From contig CM119265.1 in NCBI GenBank assembly GCA_051294375.1, positions 5,928,822-5,972,520 on the forward strand: DNA of 43,699 bases, read 5' to 3'. Numbering within the stretch: the stretch's first letter is position 1; every line of letters starts with the position of its first letter. The translations under genes were made by a program, and so were the position numbers. This DNA is from Paraspadella gotoi. Its lineage: Eukaryota > Animalia > Chaetognatha. Below are positions 27,842 through 37,778 of this stretch, piece after piece. The notes beneath the pieces were generated by a model that saw only the letters and a program-made list of their open reading frames with translations, did no database searches and had not been told where the DNA came from.

Positions 27842-30800
27842 GAAAAGTTTTTCCAACAAAGTGGTGAGACAGAATAGTGGTCAGATGTGAGGACAGGTTG
27901 AAGGTGAGGACAGATTGAGTGAGTTGTGAAAAGAAGTGAAACTGTTAAAGAGAGAGAGAGAGAGAGAGTGAGAGAGAGAGAAACAAAACAACAGAGATAA
28001 ATAAATAATAAATAAATATAAATAATAAATATATAAATAAATAAATAAATAAATAAATAATAATTGCAAAAATGTATCTTTATTATTTATTTATCTCTGT
28101 CGTTTGTTCTCTCTCTCTCACCAGAAAATAAAATTAGGCTTCAGTTTTGGGACAAGGCATGCCGGTTGGTTTACTTACAGGTAAGACCCCAATAGGATAT
28201 TTTAGGGGGATCTCATTTCTAACTCACTCGTGACGGCTGATTTGAGGTACTTACCCAAAATAGGAAAAAACCGACCTCTCGTAAAAATTATAGAACTTTT
28301 AGCGTAACATATGCTTTATAATCGCTTGTTACAATTATCAAAAATTAGGTTCACTATTTTGAAAGCTGTAGAATATCTTCAAATTAATATGTACTGATTA
28401 TATTTTATTTTTGTTGGTTAGATGGTCAGTCAGTCTATATTATAGCTTATATTCTTTTATTTATATAATAGAGATGTAATCAGGTAACATTAGTAACAAC
28501 CATCACAAAGTATTTATACAAAATGATACTTTATCTAATATATCTCTTTAATCTGACTAATAATTTTAAAATTAAAATATTTCAATCTAATATTATTATT
28601 TTAATAAACAAAATAATAATATTACCATAACTAAAACCAAAAATAATAAAAGATAATAAAATTATATATTCAAAATCATTTTAATCATTGAAACAATAAA
28701 ATATCTCCAATCAAACTCAAATCAATTATTTAAACCATTACCGAAAAACAATAATAATAAAATACTTAACTAATAAATAAATATTATTCCGCATCCCAAT
28801 CTGATTCCTCACTCTCCTCTCTTTATTCTTTTCAACACGTGTTCCCCCAACTTCAGCCATCTCTTGTGTGCGTTCCATTCGCGCACCTCCAAATTACTTG
28901 CTCCTAACCAGGTGAGGAATTTGCTATAGACTGGAAGCGAAGTTTCTAGATCCCCTGCCCATTTTGAATGAAGATGTGGTGATATTTTCTGCATCAATTG
29001 CAACCCCTCCAAATACGAACGTCCGGATGGTATAGTCCATCGCTCTCTAATCTAAATTAAATTATTCTTACACACATATAAAACTATTTTTTCTTTTCAT
29101 CTAAAGTGTGAATATATATTAATTTAGGAAAGAAACAAAAAATTTCGTTAGTTTAGCAACATATGTTTTATTACATAAATTGGACATGTTTTTCGACTCT
29201 GAATTCGAGTCTTCATCAGCATTTGGAAAATTCACAACTTTAGTTATTATCAATAACTTTGGAGAGTGAGAAAAAAAGGAGAGAGAGATTGAGAGAGAGG
29301 AGAAAGAAAGAGAGAGAAGTGTTTCCTCACCTTTATCGTTATCTATCCCTCACAACTTATTCTTCACTTTCAAATTTCAATTCTTCAATTTTTTTACTAT
29401 TTCAAATTGTCCAATTTTCACAAAACAATTAAATTTACTTAACCTTTGTTACTTATTTTATTTTTTTTCTTTTTCCTTTGTTGTATATTGTCTCGCTCTC
29501 TCTCTACTTTCACCAAAATCTTAAATTTGCTTACTCTCTTCTTTTCCTTCACTTTCACCTGTCCTCACATCTGACCACCTATCCTTTATACCTAATTCAT
29601 TTTCATTTCTTTTGTCTCTCAAATCTCTCTCTCTTTTTACTCTCTCTCACTCTTCAAGTTATTGACTAATAACTAAAAGTTTGTAAATTTTTCAATGCTG
29701 ATGAAGACTCGAAGAGTCAAAACACACGTCCATTCTGTAATAAAACATGTGCTAAACGAACCAATTTTTTCGAGCTGCACGTAAACTGGGCGATGCATAT
29801 GGCATCCACGCGCCTCAAAATGTACATAAAATTGGTATTAACGTATCTATATTACTACTGCGTTCATTTTTGATATCTAATTTATAAAGTAAAAACTCAA
29901 ATAAATTTTTAATACCAAATCTTCAAAAACTAAAACAATTCATTTTTTTAAAAATTGGTTTTCATTGGTAAATATTTTAATAATAGTATATAAAGTATAA
30001 ACATGTTTAAAATTATTTGGATAATACATTTCTTTTCAACAAAAATCAAGCATCAACTATTTTTTTTTAAATTCTTAATAAAGGCTATTTCAAATCAATA
30101 AATAGTTTATTATAATTTTTAAAATATTTTTTTTATATTATTTTAAATTTAAATTTTTAAAATGTTGATGCAAAAGACTTTGTCTTTAATCTCAAATAAT
30201 TCAAACACCCACGAAAGAAAGTTTAAATCATAATTATTAATTTACAAAATCTTTATTTTATTTTTTTGTTTATGCTTTAATAGTATTATAAATGATAATA
30301 TATTCCTAAAAAACAAAAACATTTTCTTTGTCATCTGGAAAAAGTTTTTGCGCTTCTGGAATTCTGCAACAGCAGCAAAACTAAAAATAAAAAAAAACAA
30401 GAATAGCTATTTAAAAAAATGCACAATAAATTGTTTAATAATTTTAATTATAATAAATATGATTTCAATAATCATAAAATTTATAAATATAAAATATATA
30501 TTAAAAATGTCAAATAGTACATATCTGTCATTAAAAAATCATAATAATTCTATATATCAATTTATTAATATTCAAATAAAATATGACTGAGCTAACCAAC
30601 TTACTTATAAAAAAGCTCAAAATTATTTACGTGCCATTATTTTCTATGCATCGCATCATTTTATGAAAAGGAAAAGGAGGAGTGACTAAAAGCCAGAAGT
30701 ATAGACCAGGGGGTTTAATGAGATTTATAAAAAGAAAAGCTGAACAGAGAATAAAATACAACAAAAGATGAAAGAGACTACAGACCGACTATTAAACTTT

Positions 30801-31400
30801 CTATTAAATTATTATCTATAAGGTAATATTAAATAGCTATTTAAAGTTAAATAATCTTAAAAATATAAGTGATAAAAGAGAATTTAACAAAACTGTTTGA
30901 TAAGCAAAAACAATCATCTATTCAACGAACCAATTCTTATCCTAATAAAAAAGTAGGTTTAAACTTTTGTTACAATTGGTGTAACAATAATGAAAAACAT
31001 GTTACCGCATGCCTAAGTTTACAGAGAAGTGGTGTATGTTAAAGCTTTTATGGTAGTGATCGCATTACATACCAGGTGAAGCTAGAACAGAGATGAGATC
31101 CAAGAAAAGGAAATTCTTATTTGAGGTCTCAGCTATCTGTAAGCCAACCGGCATGCCTTGTCCCATAAAATGAAGCCTCCACCTAAATATACAAACACCG
31201 TCTCTCTCTCTCTCGTCACACACACTCTTCTTTTGCACAAAATTTTATTATTGAATGTCATATCCTGATGAAGGCTTGAAATAAGCAAGCCGCAAGAAAC
31301 AATGTCCAACGTACTAATAGAAAATCGTTGTTTAAATTCAAAATTCTTTGCTCTCTCTAATAGTTTTGAAATTATTATAAGTGAAAGCACATAAAGAAGA

Positions 31401-31442
<42 letters not shown>

Positions 31443-34253
31443 GAGAGAGAGAGAGAAGAGGCAGAGTGGCTCGATACAAGAGTCGAAACATGTCTGCTAA
31501 TGTTAAATGAAAAATCGTTGTTTTGTCACAAAAATAAAACATTGTTTTTTCTAATATTCGAAGTAAACAAGTTTGAGCAAACAATGCCGGATCTGCCCAC
31601 GATCATTAGCGGTAAGCAACTGACAGACGGACGGACGGACAGACAGACAGACGGACGGACATCACTTTTTTTGCATAATTTATCATAATTCGATGTTCTT
31701 ACATGATATAAGTGAATGCCCGACAAGATTGGGGGAGCAGACCGACGGACCGACAAATGAATTATAGAGCCGGAATCTGCTGTAACAGTGTAAGCAGATC
31801 CGGCTAAAAATGTGTTTTAGTTTTACAAATTGTTGAATAAAGCTCGCTTTTTTATTGTGGCTTTTGTTTTTCAACCCTTCATTTTTTATACAAATTATTT
31901 TCATTGTGCAAATTACAAATGTATTTATTAACTTACAATTTTTAAAAACAGTCGATATTCACATCATTTCAATACACTTACCAATGCTTCTAGTCGTAAA
32001 CCAGAATCAGAACCGATATCTACTTCATAGTGCGAAACATTTCCTATGGGTTTTTTCCACGAAATGGCCATAGATGTTGTGGAAATTTCCTCCACACGAA
32101 GAAGCAACGGCGGGTTGGGGTTTAAATGAAAAGTTTGTCGCGCTGGTTCCCCCAACCTACCATTTTCCGACCTGGCTTGTATGTCAAACCAGTAGGTCCC
32201 ACCTGGGATGAGGCCGACTATTGATTGGTTTAAAGTTTGGTTAGATACGACAAAAGAGTTTTTTTGACCAATCACAGGTGGAGAATATGAAACGTGATAC
32301 AAGGAAAATATTCCATCGGGATCATTCCAAGAAGCCTTCACTGAAGATGTGGTAGAAGCTTGAAGCTGAAAATTTATTGGCATGTTAGGACGAAGTTGGA
32401 CAAATCCAACAATTTCACCGCTGCTTTTATTTTGGGTCGTTTTCGTGCTGATTTTAACTTGGTACGATTGTCCGGCAACCAGAGCCTCAATCAAGTAACT
32501 GGTTTTATCCTTATTTAATATTGTCGGAGAATTTTGAAGCGAAGGCTGCCACGATAATTCGTAAATGGAGAACAATCCTTGTGGTCGTAACCAAGTAACT
32601 TGAATGGCGGTTGTTGATGTATCCTTGAACGCTGCATTTATGGGAGGAGCTGGATTCGTATCCAACCTGCTGACTGCGACCTCGCTCTTCTTGCCATTGG
32701 GGGATTTTGTTATCATCGTCACGGAATAAGTTTCTCCCGCCGTCAACCCTTTCACAATCCTGTGAGAGTCACCTGGCGCAATGAGAATTGGCAACGAAGA
32801 ACTTGGTGGAGAGGGGTCCAGAAAAATTTCATAAGAATCCAAAATTCCGCGGGGAGGGTCCCACTGGATAAAAATCACACCAGGAGAGATACTTTCGAGT
32901 CTTAATCTTGAGGGAGTCTCTGGCTGCAAATCGATCGACGCGGAAATATTTTCACTGGTTTTGTTGACTTTGGTTACCAAGCGAAAATCAACCTTGTAGG
33001 TTTCACCCGGTGTTAAACCTACAACGCAAACAGAAAGAAACGCTTACTTCGTAATGGAAAGTTGATACCGAATCTTTTACTCTACAAACCTTGAATCAAA
33101 ACTACTCTGTTGTTCTTTGGCGCGTAGATTTCTGAACCGGCGACGGGAGACGGCGGAATGAGATGAAGTAAGACCGACGCATAAAGACCAATTGGTTCAC
33201 TCCAATTAACCATGATAGACCTCGTAGAATAAGCCAAGAAGGAGACCGAGGACGGCAACACGGGGTCGAGTGCAACTACTTCGGTGATCGGATTAACTTG
33301 ATTATTAGGTGCTTCTGATTTCAGAGTCACGTCGTAAACTTCACCAGGAGTCAGTCCGTTGAGAGAAGTATTCGTTAAATCGGCAGAGATTTGGCGCAAT
33401 ATCGCTCCCGGTTCGACGCTCAACAAATACCTCTCCAACTTGCCCGAAGGTCTCTTCCACTTGACGTCGATGGAAGTGGGACTCGATGGTGAAAAGATAA
33501 CATCGACTGGGGGTTTGGGAATTAGGCGAATTGTTACGTTCAAAAGGCTCTGAATGGCCGAATTGAGAGTTTCGTAATAGAAGACTTGAAAGTTGTAGGT
33601 CTCTCCGGCCGTGAAGTTATTAAGTGTCACGCCAGAGTCTGTGGGTCGCAGATTGATTTGGGCCGAGTTTGGTGGGGGTCGAGGTGGCGCAGTGTCCACC
33701 ATGTATCCGGCAATGAGAGGCGGGTTGTCCCAGGAAAAAACGACAGAAGTCGGAGAAGAGGCTGTTATGTTGAAGGTGGTTGAACCTAAGATACTAGTAA
33801 TTTTAGTTTTATTCATTAAATAGTGAGAAATTTGTACTAGATATTTTTTGTAATATTTTTGAAAAAACCTGCGTATTTTAAAACTAGAAGCGCATGTGAG
33901 AAAAAGGGAAAGGATCATAATAATATGTCATTAAACCACCAAAGCCTGTCCAAAGTCAGGGGCAAGATAGCTTATTTATTAAATGAATGGATAATTTTTA
34001 TATTGGTTGTACCAATTTTATGCAATAAAAATATTCAAAAAGACAATGCTTTTTGACTGAGCATTACTGACAGTAACAGCAAAAGAAGACTATACATTTA
34101 ATTAATCGATTTATCACTATAATTATACAAGTTTGTATCACAAAAAAGACAAAACTCACCAATAATTGGTAGTATGAAATTAATGAAAATGATGAATGCC
34201 TTGAAGCAACACGGCAAGCCGATTGAAAAAAATCCAAGACTTTTTAACTCCAT
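24733..34253 (-). CDS. Receptor-type protein tyrosine phosphatase, R3-subfamily architecture (PTPRJ/PTPRB/PTPRO-like); signal peptide, 8 FN3, TM, one degenerate PTP domain; ~1125 aa
   Basis: Exons (minus) 34253-34160 (MELKSLGFFSIGLPCCFKAFIIFINFILPIIG, signal peptide-like), 33785-33090, 33018-31982, 27404-26590, 26389-26263, 25980-25894, 25463-~25167, 24955-24733. Phases are compatible through exon 7. FN3 motifs W..P..Y..L(T/V)PG.TY repeated 8 times; TM LAIIIIIIVTVIIILPVMIIVWI-RFKK. PTP motifs KNR..VIPYD.HRV, DYINAS, FIAAQ, IIVMIT, YWP, W.D, GPIIVH, R..RP.MI..EQF.FLHEC. Exon 7 carries two apparent 1-nt deletions and a non-GT donor. Confidence 0.88.
27570..27612 (-). ncRNA. Minimal type I hammerhead ribozyme (HHR-1)
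   Basis: Minus strand: AGCG-CUGAUGA-U-GGCUC(gcaacaa)GAGUC-GAAA-CAUG-UC^UGCU. Full catalytic core, 5-bp stem II, 4-bp stem I (AGCG/UGCU) and palindromic ACAUGU stem III typical of Penelope-like-element minimal hammerheads. Confidence 0.8.
27716..27760 (-). ncRNA. Minimal type I hammerhead ribozyme (HHR-2)
   Basis: Minus strand: UAUG-CUGAUGA-A-GGCUUG(aaauaag)CAAGCC-GAAA-CAUG-UC^CAAA. Intact core and perfect 6-bp stem II; stem I is weak. Confidence 0.72.
29179..29224 (-). ncRNA. Hammerhead ribozyme motif, slightly degenerate (HHR-3)
   Basis: Minus strand: AAAUG-CUGAUGA-A-GACUC(gaauuca)GAGUC-GAAAAA-CAUG-UC^CAAUU. Two extra A's in the GAAA box, either mutation or homopolymer error. Confidence 0.6.
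29694..29734 (+). ncRNA. Hammerhead ribozyme motif with G12>A (HHR-4)
   Basis: AAUG-CUGAUGA-A-GACUC(gaa)GAGUC-AAAA-CACACG-UC^CAUU. Perfect 4-bp stem I and 5-bp stem II; GAAA box reads AAAA. Confidence 0.58.
31200..31555 (+). mobile_element. Inverted copy of the 27510-27810 hammerhead-bearing element (degenerate HHR-5 at 31261-31310, 3' half of an HHR-1 copy at ~31468-31498)
   Basis: Near-identical to the reverse complement of 27510-27810 (cacactcttcttttgcacaaaat..CTGATGAAGGCTTGAAATAAGCAAGCC..aaaatcgttg; gagtcGAAACATGTCtgctaatgttaaa..aatcgttgttttgtcacaaaa), with a different middle segment. Confidence 0.65.
31565..31810. mobile_element. Helentron-associated non-autonomous element (HINE/DINE-1-like)
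   Basis: Starts AACAAG; subterminal GCCGGATCTGC (31586-31596); internal (GACG/GACA)n microsatellite (31621-31660); terminal stem-loop GCCGGAATCTGCT..AGCAGATCCGGC (31768-31804) followed by TAAAAA. This is the architecture established for DINE-1/HINE elements. A shorter related remnant is probable at ~26113-26175. Confidence 0.6.
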
Positions 34254-34342
34254 TATTGCAGTATTTCTTGATACTTGAACAATTTAAATTTAAAAAAATA
34301 TCAAATTTACGAATGAAAATGTACAGATCGAAAATAACATTA

Positions 34343-34395
34343 TATGGTGGACTAAAATCCACCAACCGTTCATCAGTGGATTTTAGTCCACCATA
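34343..34395. repeat. Perfect 20-bp inverted repeat with 13-nt loop
   Basis: TATGGTGGACTAAAATCCAC (34343-34362) / GTGGATTTTAGTCCACCATA (34376-34395). Confidence 0.9.
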
Positions 34396-34583
34396 ATTAT
34401 GTGAATAATTCGACGGATAAAAGAAATGGCTGTCAAAAAATGACTCCTCTAAATTTACGCCTCGCGATGAAAATTTTAAGGCTTGTTTTTCAATCAAGAA
34501 AGTGCCTTCGGATTTCCCATTAAAAAATTCCAAAATAGCTCGTCCGACACGCGCTTTCTGTAAAAACTGGTTTCTTGTTTTTT

Positions 34584-34780
34584 AATTTTAGGAGCTTAAG
34601 GAAAAACAGTTTTTATTATACAACAACGATTGTAATTGACAAAGAAAGTCGTACATGTTTCGATGAAGACTCTTAAGACAGAGTTTCTTTGTCAATGACA
34701 ATCGTTGTTGCATAATAAAAACTGTTTTTCCTTAAACTTCAAACGCAACGAAAAGAAAGAATCATAAAAATTTTAGGAGC
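34584..34780. mobile_element. Fold-back insertion of hammerhead-element 3' ends flanked by a 12-bp target-site duplication
   Basis: AATTTTAGGAGC at 34584-34595 and 34769-34780; ~52-bp near-perfect inverted arms 34596-34647 / 34684-34735; centre holds ACATGTTTCG and GATGAAGACTC half-hammerhead remnants; shares aatcgttgtt..aataaaa..cgcaacgaaa tail with the HHR-1 element. Confidence 0.7.
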
Positions 34781-35456
34781 GTAAAACGACTGCTATTTTA
34801 GGGGGGGGGACCGGGGGGGGAGTCGATCGACATTCGACGCATTATTCATTTATTGAAATATTCATTGTCGTATAATAATTAACGACCCGGTTGGAGCTTG
34901 GAAGCCTCAAAATTCTAGAATTCGGGTAAATGAGAAAGTTCAATTCGACCTTTAATAGGAAGCACGTCAGCTGCATTTTTTTCCCAGAATGTAGTATTAT
35001 TTTTCGATCGTCGGGAATATTGTAAATTGGAAAAAAAGAACAATTCCTACTATTTTTTTTATGTTTCATGATCCATGATATTGCACATAGTCTACAAACA
35101 TCTTATAATATTTCATAAAAAGTATTTCTATATCTAGCCAGATACCACAGTCTAAAGAAAAAATGAATATTGTTGGGAATTAAATTGGACATATATCAAA
35201 AGAATATGGCGTTAAACCAATCACTGCAGTTGCTGTAATTCTTAGATCTCGGTCCGTCGGGGAAGTTTGTTTTTTCTTGTTTAAATCTCAGCCCCGTCTT
35301 TGGTGACCTCACCCATCACAACTCCGATCCCACCCGACTCACCCGTCTCGACTTTTCCCAATCTCCCACTCGTTGTTCCCGCGATCATCAAGTTACCCGC
35401 TTCTCCCCGCGTCATTTCACGGACGGACAAACGCGACCACGTTGGGGATCGTCGGG

Positions 35457-35540
35457 AACGACGCTTTCCGCACCCCTGACTACATGGTGTGACAACTCAA
35501 CGACGCTTTCCGCACCCCTGACTACATGGTGTGACAACTC
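35457..35540. repeat. Perfect 42-bp tandem duplication
   Basis: AACGACGCTTTCCGCACCCCTGACTACATGGTGTGACAACTC at 35457-35498 and 35499-35540. Confidence 0.92.
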
Positions 35541-37778
35541 GAAGATTTCAAAACCTATCGCATAATGAAGCGAGAAACTATTTACTATTTCATTTCTTGT
35601 ATAATTATTATATATAAAACTTTAAAGTCGAAATTTAACTTCATTTTCGCAGCCTAAATATTAATTAAATGCTATTTGTTTTTCCCTGTTTTTAAAGATT
35701 CATGTAGGCTGTTTCTTAATCTTAATGACCCTTTCAACCACACTTTTCTTTATTCCACACTTTTCAACCACTCTGAAGGACCAAAGAATTTTTGGTCAGG
35801 GTCTCGGGGTCCTCGGACCGAAATAGAATACCAAAATGATTGGAGAGAGAAAAAATGGATTTTTTTTTTTCTTTTATAAATTTTTTCGACGAAAGAAGTT
35901 CAAATTAAGTTTCCAGAGACCCATTTTCTTTCTTCTTTTTTTTCGTTATACTGATACCCAAAATACTCGCTCTTCTCTCCCTTTATACATATTTTTTTTT
36001 CTCTCTCCACAACCCTTGTCCCTTACTACGTATTTTTCGACCCCTCTCCTCCAATTTCTTCTTTCCTCGACGGACGTCGCGGCAGTCGGCCACAAAAGGG
36101 GTCGTAATGAGAGGTCGCGATCGAGACATAAGAGCAACGGATAATGGGCTCGACCTTAATACGGAAATAACCTACTCGGGCCTAATGTAGTTTGGGGAGA
36201 GAAAGAAAAAAAGGTTTCTCGTCCCCGGCTCGGGTCTGGTCGCGCTCGGTCAATCAACCGGGGTTTTTTTTTTTTTTTTTCACGGCTCCTTTTTATTCCC
36301 GCTAGACGTCGCGAACTATCGTCGGCGGAAAAGAAGAGATTGCCGAGGTTTTTGAGGAATCCCAGATCTCGTTTCGTCCTTTCTTGATGTCGGGTGGTTT
36401 TAACGTTGACTTGGTGGAAATTCGTGTGGCACGCCCTTTGTTAGTGGGGGACCGGTTGAGCAATGAGTATTTCTCGGAGACTTGGGTTTTTGTTTTTTTT
36501 GGTTTCCTTTAAAGTTTAATTTTATTTCAATGCTCGACTTTACGCCGTATTTGTTTCAAAAAGACGATGTTCCCTTGTTTTTAATGTAACAACGCTTGAT
36601 GTCGCTTTATGATTTAATTTTGAAAAAAATATCCCCGAGGAAAAAATAAAAGCGTAGTTTCTTGTAAGTTTAAATTTAATTTTCCTGAAACTTATCAATT
36701 TTTATAAACACAAAGTGAGAGAGCGACTTTCGCCACAACTTTAGGTTGCTTTAAAGAGAAGTGACTGGGCCTGGCGGATAAATTCGAATTGAAAAGAGAA
36801 TCACTAGTGGGGGGAATGTGGTTTAACGAAACGGTCGCTATGGCGACGGACATTTTTTTTCCTCTCCGAGAGCAGATTTCTCCCTTTTTTACGTGACGCC
36901 GGGAACGTGGGGCCATTGACCAACGTCTGCCCGCCGCGGGGGGAAAGAAGAGGAAAAAAACAAGAAGGAAAAAGAGAGGGAGGAAAAAAGGTCCTCGCCG
37001 AATGAGAAAGAACGACAAGCGGACGTCGTAGTAACAAATCGAGAAAGGTTGGAGTCACGCATGCGCCTAGCGGGTGATGTGGAAAATAAAAAAAAGGCTG
37101 AACCAAAATAAGCGTTTAAGGACGGGGGGAGGGGCGGAGGGCGTGACAAAAGCTGAAAACAAATGGCAAAAAAGCAAAGGGGAAAACCCAAAGTACAAAG
37201 ATGGAAACAAAGCTGGTGGGAACGGAGAAAGAAACTTGAGATAGAATTGAGTAAACCTCAATAAAGAAAAAGGTCCAAAAAAGGCAAGAGGCTCAACGAA
37301 AAGGAAAAAAAAATTGAGGGACCAAGAAAAATACGGGGCAAAGTTTGTTTTTTTTTTGTTTTTTTTTAAGCTGAGATTGGATACCAGCCGGCTGACGGGA
37401 CGCAATGTCTCCGACGACGAGACAAACGACGCTTGCTTTTAATAAAGTCGACACCGTCTTCCGACTGTAATCGACTCTCAAGCGCTGCATTAGACATTTT
37501 AGTGTTTTTGTTAATTTATGACTTTATACCAAATAAAACTTCGGAATCTTTTCTCAATTTTATTAACTGACTAAAGTACGACGTACTTATCACAACGGAA
37601 TTAAGAGTTTTAAGATTTTATTTCATTGAAAACAAAAAAACAATTTGAAGACATTCGTTAATCTAATTATAAAAACACAAAAAAAACGGTGACTGACTGG
37701 CAAAGCAATTGCTGTACAAAGGTTTCGTAGTACAGAAAGATAAAAATTTAACTTTCGCATCAATATCTATTTTTTTCT

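Noticed and set aside
27570-31500. C/D-box snoRNA or CRISPR interpretation of the recurring CTGATGA motifs
   Set aside because: Motif order CUGAUGA-stem-GAAA-stem-UC fits a hammerhead. There is no RUGAUGA..CUGA terminal arrangement and no regular repeat-spacer array, and the context is eukaryotic.
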